Shown here in pieces: positions 9,303 through 16,260 of a stretch of 32,961 bases of DNA. Source of the DNA: an uncultured Candidatus Bathyarchaeia archaeon (GTDB lineage: Archaea > Thermoproteota > Bathyarchaeia > Bathyarchaeales > Bathycorpusculaceae); the NCBI GenBank assembly GCA_964596465.1, contig CAZQTZ010000001.1:1-32961 (forward strand), read 5' to 3'. A program made the position numbers and the translations under genes. The notes beneath the pieces are model-generated. The model saw only the letters and a list, made by a program, of their open reading frames with translations. It was not told the DNA's origin and did no database searches. Numbering within the stretch: the first letter of the stretch is position 1; every line of letters begins with the position of its first letter.

Positions 9303-9312
9303 GTGAAAATGC

Positions 9313-9762
9313 ATGAAATGTCCCTACTGTGGCTCTGAGGAATTTCGAACGCTGGAAACACGTGATTCATTAGAGAACACTACGCGTAGGCGAAAAGAAT
9401 GTGTCAACTGCAATAAACGGTTCACCACATATGAATACGTAGAAACTGTAGAAATGATGGTCCGAAAAAAGGACGGTAAGCTTGAACGCCTAGATGTAAA
9501 CAAAATCATACGAGGTCTTCAAAAATCATGCGAAAAACGACCTATAACGATGGACCAAATCAACCTATTAGCAGAACATGTAAGACAGGATCTCATGCTC
9601 AGAGGGAAGGAAGAAGTAACCTCACAGGAAATTGGAGACTTGGTCATGAAATATCTCAAAGATCTTGACCGTATTGCGTACATCCGATTTGCTTCAGTAT
9701 ATAAGAAATTTGAAGAACCCGAAGATTTCAAGCAGTTTCTGCTTGAGGTGAAGAAACAATGA
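9313..9762 (+). CDS. nrdR: NrdR transcriptional repressor (zinc ribbon plus ATP-cone)
   Basis: MKCPYCGS...RRRKEC.NCNKRFTTYE gives the zinc ribbon, followed by an ATP-cone. At 149 aa the length fits. Its stop overlaps the nrdD start in an ATGA. Confidence 0.9.
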   Translation: MKCPYCGSEEFRTLETRDSLENTTRRRKECVNCNKRFTTYEYVETVEMMVRKKDGKLERLDVNKIIRGLQKSCEKRPITMDQINLLAEHVRQDLMLRGKEEVTSQEIGDLVMKYLKDLDRIAYIRFASVYKKFEEPEDFKQFLLEVKKQ

Positions 9763-11885
9763 ATTATGTTAGAAAACGTGATGGAAAACTAGAACCTTTC
9801 GATTCAGACCGAATAACAAATGCTATTTGGAAAGCTGCAAAAGCTGTTGGTGGACAAGACCGTCAACAAGCTAAAAAGATAACTGACCAAGTTTTAGCTG
9901 AATTAAACAACAGATTCGGCGAAGATGGTTGTCCTACTGTTGAAGAAATTCAAGACTCAGTTGAAAAGATGCTGATTGAAAATGGGCATGCGCAAACAGC
10001 AAAAGCCTACATTCTTTATCGTAAACAGCATCAGGATATGCGAGAATTAGCTGCCCTGCTCAGCAGTGCTGATCTCGTAGATCAATATTTAGAGATTGAG
10101 GACTGGAGAGTAAAAGAAAATAGCAATATGAGTTATTCACTGCAGGGTCTGAATAATTATCTTTCGTCAACTGTTATTGCCAAGTACTGGATAAGTCGTA
10201 TCTACCCCGAAAATATAGCTGAGTCTCACTTTTCAGGAGACATTCACATTCATGACCTAGGCGTCTTAGGCCCATATTGTGTAGGTTGGGATTTAAGCGA
10301 TTTGATAATGTCAGGTTTTGGTGGAGTATCTGGAAAAATCGAGAGTAAACCCGCCAAACATTTCCGCACTGCCCTAGGACAAATAGTAAACTTCTTCTAT
10401 ACACTTCAAGGTGAAGCAGCAGGAGCTCAAGCCTTCAGCAACTTTGACACATACCTTGCTCCATTCATACGCTATGACCATCTCACCCAGAAAGACGTTG
10501 AGCAAGGATTACAAGAGTTCTTTTTTAACATGAATGTACCCACACGTGTTGGATTCCAAACTCCATTTACCAATCTAACACTAGACCTGACTGTTCCCGA
10601 CTTTATGAAAAATGAAGGGGTACTATTTAACGGAAAAGTCACAGAAGACACCTATGGTGACATGACTAAAGAAATGGAGATGCTCAATACAGCTTTTGCA
10701 GATGTACTAAGCCAAGGTGACTCTAAAGGGCGCGTCTTCACCTTCCCAATACCCACCTACAATATAACCAAAGACTTCGATTGGGACTCCAATGTTGCCC
10801 AAAAAATCTTTGAGGTAACAGCCAAATATGGCGTACCTTACTTCTCGAACTTTGTAAACAGTGACATGAAACCCGAAGACGTACGAAGTATGTGCTGCAG
10901 ATTACGCATAGATAATCGTGAACTGCGTAAACGTGGAGGCGGCTTCTTTGGTGCTAACCCCCTGACTGGAAGCATAGGCGTAGTCACAGTAAACATGCCC
11001 AGAATTGGCTATCTGTCCAAAGATGAAGATGAATACTTCCAACGTATAGAGCGAATCATGGATACAGCACGGTCTAGCCTAGAAATCAAACGAAAGGCAC
11101 TGGAAGCTTTCACTGATAACGGATTATACCCCTATAGCCGAAGATACCTCCGTAACATCAAACAAGCACACGGCAAGTTCTGGAAGAATCACTTTTCAAC
11201 TATTGGCATAGTCGGTATTAACGAGTCAATAATAAACCTGTTAGGACACGGCATTTCTACAAAAGAAGGCCTAGAATTCGCCGTTAAAACACTAACCTTC
11301 ATGCGTAAAAAACTCATGAAGTACCAAGAAGAAACAGGCGATATCTACAATCTGGAAGCAACACCAGCTGAAGGCACCGCTTACAGACTAGCTCGCATAG
11401 ACAAACGTAAATATCCAAAAATAATCGCGGCCAATGAGCGCCTAGTTCAATCGAAACATGCAGAACCATTCTACACAAACAGCTCTCAGCTACCCGTAGA
11501 TTTCGACGGCGATCTCTTTGAAGCTCTAGAGCATCAAGAAAAAGTACAAACCCTCTACACTGGAGGCACTGTCTTTCACATATTCATGGGCGAACGTTTA
11601 CATTCATGGAAAGCTGCAGCTGAACTTATCAAGAAAGTCTCTTGGAACAGTCGCTTACCCTATTTCACCTTAACTCCGACATTTAGCATATGTCCAAACC
11701 ATGGTTACACAAGTGGTGAACACGATAAATGTCCTGTTTGCGGCGCTACAAGTGAAGTATACTCACGCGTAGTTGGCTACTTGCGGCCCGTCGATCAATG
11801 GAACGATGGAAAACAAGCTGAATTCTCTATTCGCAAAACCTTCGACAAATCCATGATGCTATCAACAGTTCCTGTAGCTAATTGA
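9759..11885 (+). CDS. nrdD: Anaerobic (class III) ribonucleoside-triphosphate reductase
   Basis: It has an N-terminal ATP-cone (VRKRDGKLEPFDSDRI). The C-terminus carries Cys motifs (CPNHG...CPVCG) and the glycyl-radical motif RVVGYLRP. Confidence 0.93.
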   Translation: MNYVRKRDGKLEPFDSDRITNAIWKAAKAVGGQDRQQAKKITDQVLAELNNRFGEDGCPTVEEIQDSVEKMLIENGHAQTAKAYILYRKQHQDMRELAALLSSADLVDQYLEIEDWRVKENSNMSYSLQGLNNYLSSTVIAKYWISRIYPENIAESHFSGDIHIHDLGVLGPYCVGWDLSDLIMSGFGGVSGKIESKPAKHFRTALGQIVNFFYTLQGEAAGAQAFSNFDTYLAPFIRYDHLTQKDVEQGLQEFFFNMNVPTRVGFQTPFTNLTLDLTVPDFMKNEGVLFNGKVTEDTYGDMTKEMEMLNTAFADVLSQGDSKGRVFTFPIPTYNITKDFDWDSNVAQKIFEVTAKYGVPYFSNFVNSDMKPEDVRSMCCRLRIDNRELRKRGGGFFGANPLTGSIGVVTVNMPRIGYLSKDEDEYFQRIERIMDTARSSLEIKRKALEAFTDNGLYPYSRRYLRNIKQAHGKFWKNHFSTIGIVGINESIINLLGHGISTKEGLEFAVKTLTFMRKKLMKYQEETGDIYNLEATPAEGTAYRLARIDKRKYPKIIAANERLVQSKHAEPFYTNSSQLPVDFDGDLFEALEHQEKVQTLYTGGTVFHIFMGERLHSWKAAAELIKKVSWNSRLPYFTLTPTFSICPNHGYTSGEHDKCPVCGATSEVYSRVVGYLRPVDQWNDGKQAEFSIRKTFDKSMMLSTVPVAN

Positions 11886-11904
11886 AAAGCGAGTGACCAT
11901 TTGA

Positions 11905-12582
11905 ATGAAGTTTAGTGGACTTCAAAAAATTAGTCTAATAGACTATCCAACACGTGTTGCTTCAGTGCTATACACGCCAGGCTGCAATCTCAAATGCGGC
12001 TTCTGTCACAACTGGCGTATAGCAACTGATCCACAACCCCCATTCCTTCAAGAAACAACTGCGCTGGACATGCTAGAGAATCGGAAAAAATATGTAGATG
12101 CAGTTGTAGTGACTGGCGGAGAGCCTTGTATGCATAAGGAGCTCCCAAAATTTTTAATTAAACTTAAAGAACGAGGATTCTCAGTAAAACTGGATACAAA
12201 CGGCTTCTTTCCAGACGTACTTGAAGAATGCTTAGGTCATGTAGATTACGTAGCAATGGACATAAAGACTTCTTTAGAGAAATATCAGCAACTTGGCGCA
12301 GAAAATACCGCCAATCTTATGCATTCCGTTGAAATTCTAAAAACTAATAAAGTGCCCTATGAGTTCCGGACCACTTTAGTACCTAATCTGGTTACACTGG
12401 AAGACCTGCCTAAAATAGGCGAATTGATTAGAGGCGCTTCAACGTTGGCATTGCAACAGTTTGTATCAAAAGATACGTTGGATAATAAATTTGAGTCAAT
12501 CCGACCGTATGCTCCTGAAGTTATAGACAAATTCGCTCAAACACTAAAACAATATGTCAGCAATATAATTTTAAGAATTTAG
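11905..12582 (+). CDS. nrdG: Anaerobic RNR activating enzyme (radical SAM)
   Basis: It has the CNLKCGFCHN cluster motif, the GGEP motif, and lies immediately downstream of nrdD. Confidence 0.88.
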   Translation: MKFSGLQKISLIDYPTRVASVLYTPGCNLKCGFCHNWRIATDPQPPFLQETTALDMLENRKKYVDAVVVTGGEPCMHKELPKFLIKLKERGFSVKLDTNGFFPDVLEECLGHVDYVAMDIKTSLEKYQQLGAENTANLMHSVEILKTNKVPYEFRTTLVPNLVTLEDLPKIGELIRGASTLALQQFVSKDTLDNKFESIRPYAPEVIDKFAQTLKQYVSNIILRI

Positions 12583-12734
12583 CTCCCAACATTTCTTATC
12601 TAATCAGGCTTTCTATTTTTAACACAGATTATAATAGTTGGATACTTTTTTTAATAATATTCTCATAACTAAGCCTCTGTTGCTTTTCTTTAGAAGGAAC
12701 ATAAAATGTGTTTAATTTATATGCAATTTTTACG

Positions 12735-13424
12735 CTATTGAATTTCCACTGTCAAAATTATTTGTGCTCGAATTTCTATATCTCCTATAACTATTGGCGT
12801 TTCAGTAGATTCGCTGGCGCTAACCATGCTTTTTCGCATCATAAGAGGTTCTGCCCGATGAATATTTCCAAAATTAGGTTCTTCAATGCGTATTATTTGT
12901 CCAAGCGTTTTTTGTGCCCCTGCTGCCATAGCTTTTGCTCGAACAAGCGCATTCTGTACAGCAAGCTGTAGGGCTTCAGCCTCAGCTGATTTTTGATCTT
13001 TAAGTGCAAAGCGTAAACCCGAGACTGTCACTGATGTATTACGTGCTTCATTAACGGCATCAATTATCTCGCTTAGACAATCAAGTTTGTCGATGCGCAC
13101 CTCAATTTGATTGTGAACTATGTACCCTTTGACGGTTCCGCGGCCATTTTTCCATTCCATCTCTGGAGTTAACCAATAACTAGTTGTTCGGATTGCTTCG
13201 GCTGAAAGCCCTGTATTTCGAAGGGTTGTTTGAATGGCAATCATGCTTTCAGCGCTTTTCTGGCGAGCGTTATCAGGTTTTGTATCCCGTGTATTAGTTG
13301 CAACCGAGAGCCATGCTTGATCAGGTGCTCGTTTGACAGTTGCTTCACCTTGAGTTACTACAACATGAAGTCGAGGATTAATGTGCGAGGAACTCAAATT
13401 TGAGCTATTGTCATTCGATGTCAT
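12735..13424 (-). CDS. SIMPL/DUF541 domain protein (BP26/YggE-like)
   Basis: The organisation is typical of the family: GEATV...PDQA...KGY.V.N.I.V...LD......IDA, with a C-terminal ALxxARxKAxxxA segment (NALVRAKAMAAGA). Confidence 0.75.
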   Translation of the reverse strand: MTSNDNSSNLSSSHINPRLHVVVTQGEATVKRAPDQAWLSVATNTRDTKPDNARQKSAESMIAIQTTLRNTGLSAEAIRTTSYWLTPEMEWKNGRGTVKGYIVHNQIEVRIDKLDCLSEIIDAVNEARNTSVTVSGLRFALKDQKSAEAEALQLAVQNALVRAKAMAAGAQKTLGQIIRIEEPNFGNIHRAEPLMMRKSMVSASESTETPIVIGDIEIRAQIILTVEIQ

Positions 13425-13572
13425 ACTTGAGAATAAATGGATACGGATATTTACATATAGCGCGTTATTCCCTTTCCGAGATAATATCTTGTTAAAAACT
13501 CTATTTCTCGTATATACACTTAAGAAATATTAACGTATATGGTGTTAATAGTTTTCAGAGTGTGCATCTGAT

Positions 13573-14418
13573 TTGGCAGTTTTTGTCACAAAGGCAAATG
13601 GTTCTAAGCAACTATTTGATAGAGAAAAAGTCGTTAGAACTTGCATGCGAATGGGTGCGAGCAGGGATGATGCATACGCTGTTACCGAAAAAATCGAGAG
13701 CAGACTATATGATGGCATTTCCACCCGACAAATTCTTCAAATGATTTTTAGATTTATGCGTCGGTACAAACCTGGCGTAAGTCAGCTTTTTGATTTAAAA
13801 AAAGGCTTAAGCTTAATGAACTCAAAACCAGAATTTGAAATGTTCATCCAGATTTTATTGGCGCATAATGGATTTGAGGTTGAACCCAACCAGATTTTAA
13901 AAGGAAGATGCATAGATCATGAGGTTGACGCGGTCGCCAGAAAAAACGGCGTGACTTATTTTGTGGAAGCTAAGCATCATGTCAGTTATCATGCTTTAAC
14001 AGGTTTAGATGAAAGCCGAATAGCACAAGCAGTACTAGAGGATGTTATTGATGGTTATGCTTCAGGAAAAAATAAAATGAAAATTGATCGTGCAATGATT
14101 GTTACTAATACCCGTTATTCAGATCATGCGACAATATACGGCAAATGTAAAAATATATTACAAATAGGATGGAATTCCCCTGCAAATTTTAGTCTCCAAA
14201 ATATGATTGAAGAAAAAAAGTTGTATCCTCTGAGTTGTTTACGCGGTTTAAGAAGAGAAGTACGAATGAGATTAGTAACTTCTGGAATTGTTTTGATTAA
14301 ACAATTACTTGATGAAGATTCAGCTTCAATTGCGCGGAAAACAGGATTTTCTAACGTCTTTGTTAAGGAATTAATTGAAAAGGCCACATTAGCTGCAAAC
14401 ACACTAGGATATCATTAA
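13573..14418 (+). CDS. ATP-cone domain fused to a PD-(D/E)xK (Mrr-like) restriction-endonuclease-fold domain and a C-terminal HhH-like segment
   Basis: The N-terminus VFVTKANGSKQLFDREKVVRTC...ISTRQILQMI fits an ATP-cone. The core HEVDAVARKNGVTYFVEAKHH supplies D...ExK. RAMIVTNTRYSDHA is a typical Mrr C-terminal strand. It has a TTG start. Confidence 0.75.
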   Translation: MAVFVTKANGSKQLFDREKVVRTCMRMGASRDDAYAVTEKIESRLYDGISTRQILQMIFRFMRRYKPGVSQLFDLKKGLSLMNSKPEFEMFIQILLAHNGFEVEPNQILKGRCIDHEVDAVARKNGVTYFVEAKHHVSYHALTGLDESRIAQAVLEDVIDGYASGKNKMKIDRAMIVTNTRYSDHATIYGKCKNILQIGWNSPANFSLQNMIEEKKLYPLSCLRGLRREVRMRLVTSGIVLIKQLLDEDSASIARKTGFSNVFVKELIEKATLAANTLGYH

Positions 14419-14623
14419 CTCAATTCTACATTATTAAAAAGGTGATTCAATTCTTATTTTATTCAGGTTCATATATTTTTCATACTGAATCAATAACCAA
14501 TTTGTAACAGAGGAAAATAGCAAAACACATAAAACTGACCTTTTAGTACAAGTTTTAACCATAAAGTTTAAGGGTTAAGGGTTTGTTTAGGTTTCGCGTA
14601 TTCTAACTGTTGAGGTTTGTAGT

Positions 14624-15175
14624 GTGAGCATTAAAGGGCAAACTGTAGAAGAGCGTAAGGCTGAGGTACTTATCAAACTCAGAAAATATAAGTTACTTGA
14701 GAAGGAACAGTTTGAGGGTGCTTTTGGTTATATCGTTGAAATACCCGAAGATAAACAGAAAACTCTGATTTGGTGTATTCTTGACCAAGCAACTGTAGGC
14801 ATTGTTTCTATGAACCAGCTTTACAAAGTTATGAAAGAAAAAGAGCTTGAACGTGCCATCGTAGTTACTGAAGGGCGTTACACACATGCAGTAAAGCAGG
14901 GCGCGAAGAAAAAGAACGTTGAATTACTGCTCAAATCTTTCCCAGTCTTTGATATTTTCGAGCATGCTTTAGTACCTAAACATGAAATTTTAACAGCTAA
15001 AGAAAAGCAGCAGCTACTCACAAAATATAAGGTCCAACCCTACCAGATGCCGCAGGTTACTTCAACAGATCCAGCGGTAAAAGCTATCGGTGCTAAGCCA
15101 GGAGACGTTTTAAGAATAATCAGAAAGAGTTCTACTGCCGGCGAACATATTGCTTACCGATACGTAGTAGAATAA
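14624..15175 (+). CDS. rpoH: RNA polymerase subunit H (Rpo5), long form with an Rpb5-N-like extension
   Basis: The C-terminal 72 aa (EHALVPKHEILT...PGDVLRIIRKSSTAGEHIAYRYVVE) are canonical RpoH. The GTG start is preceded by GAGGT 7 nt upstream. The N-terminal roughly 110 aa align by eye with the second half of the eukaryotic Rpb5 N domain. Confidence 0.85.
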   Translation: MSIKGQTVEERKAEVLIKLRKYKLLEKEQFEGAFGYIVEIPEDKQKTLIWCILDQATVGIVSMNQLYKVMKEKELERAIVVTEGRYTHAVKQGAKKKNVELLLKSFPVFDIFEHALVPKHEILTAKEKQQLLTKYKVQPYQMPQVTSTDPAVKAIGAKPGDVLRIIRKSSTAGEHIAYRYVVE

Positions 15176-15186
15176 AATCCTGCTCT

Positions 15187-15744
15187 CTATTTTCCTATTA
15201 GGACTTCTGTAGCCTTAATTATGGCCTGCACTTCATCTCCAATTTTAAGATTCAAATCTTCTGCAGCGTCTTTTGTAATTACAGCAGTAATTGTTGTTGG
15301 TACTTGAATCTCAATTTTGATTTTTGCAGTGATTATTCCTTTCTCAACTGAGCTCACTTTTCCTTTTATACAGTTTCTTGCGCTAAGTTTCAATTTCCTT
15401 ACCTCCGAAGCTTTTTCTTCAGATAGAATTTCATTTAAATACTCTTCTAATTGTTTATATTCTGATAATAAACTCGTTCCTAACGGAGTTAGATTAGCTC
15501 CTCCCCCGCCGATTTTGCCCCCCTTATAGGTTTGGACTATCGGTTCGCCTAGTGTTCTTTCTGTTTTTTTTATGTAATTCCAGACATAGCGATAGGACAT
15601 GCCTAGTTTTTTAGCGGTTTTAGTTAGTGATTTTTCAGTGTTTATGGCTTCTAGAATATCTGCTCCGCCTTTGCCCAAAACAGGCTTGTTGTCGCATTCA
15701 ATCCAAACTTTGCATGAAGGTTTATGTTTTTTTTGAGAAACCAT
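15187..15744 (-). CDS. ModE-like regulator: LysR-type/ModE N-terminal HTH plus a single TOBE (Mop) domain
   Basis: The HTH segment is SLTKTAKKLGMSYRYVWNYIKKTE. The motif GGKIGGGGANLTPLG follows. The TOBE-like C-terminus is SARNCIKGKV...ITAVITKDAAEDLNLKIGDEV.AIIKA. Confidence 0.75.
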   Translation of the reverse strand: MVSQKKHKPSCKVWIECDNKPVLGKGGADILEAINTEKSLTKTAKKLGMSYRYVWNYIKKTERTLGEPIVQTYKGGKIGGGGANLTPLGTSLLSEYKQLEEYLNEILSEEKASEVRKLKLSARNCIKGKVSSVEKGIITAKIKIEIQVPTTITAVITKDAAEDLNLKIGDEVQAIIKATEVLIGK

Positions 15745-15807
15745 TCTACTTTGATTATGTGTTTAAGGTATTATAAATATAGCCAGTAATAGGCTCTGTT
15801 TCTGTTT

Positions 15808-16032
15808 TCATTGGTTACTTTTTGTTTCTTGATGTAATTCATCTATTATAACCATGGCTTCTCCTCGGGGCATATTTAGTCTCATGGATAACTCAATTGG
15901 GGTTATGCTTGGATTTTCCTGAATTATGTTTTCTCGTGTATATGCTTTATGGGTTGGATACATTACATTAGCATGGACCGTTTCAATCAGTATCGTCCAG
16001 AGTTCTTCTTTTGTATATTTTTCTAAGTTCAT
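15808..16032 (-). CDS. Hypothetical small protein, possible wHTH
   Basis: The ORF lies 63 nt upstream of the ModE-like gene and in the same orientation. ITPIELSMRLNMPRGEAMVIIDEL looks HTH-like. Confidence 0.4.
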   Translation of the reverse strand: MNLEKYTKEELWTILIETVHANVMYPTHKAYTRENIIQENPSITPIELSMRLNMPRGEAMVIIDELHQETKSNQ

Positions 16033-16260
16033 GAATTACCAACGGCTGAATATTTATTGGGGTATTTATTATAGTCGATGTTTATTCAGTTTCTGATTTT
16101 TTGTGTATTTTGTACTCATTAAAACGCCTGTTTTTGTTGCGTTTTTTTGGTAAAAAATGCTATTTTTTATGGGTTTTTGCCTTACTTGGGAAAACGTTAA
16201 AAGCACAACAGGTGCATAAAATTGCTTTTAACGGAAAAACTAGGAGAGATAATAAAAAGA

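Noticed and set aside
12735-13424. The SIMPL/DUF541 gene looked somewhat more GC-rich than its neighbours, which raised the possibility of horizontal transfer.
   Set aside because: This is an impression by eye only. I cannot compute GC or codon statistics here, and the gene has no flanking mobile-element signatures.
14568-14581. A tandem TTAAGGG TTAAGGG lies in the rpoH upstream region.
   Set aside because: There are only two copies of a 7-mer in AT-rich promoter DNA, which is too short to distinguish from chance.
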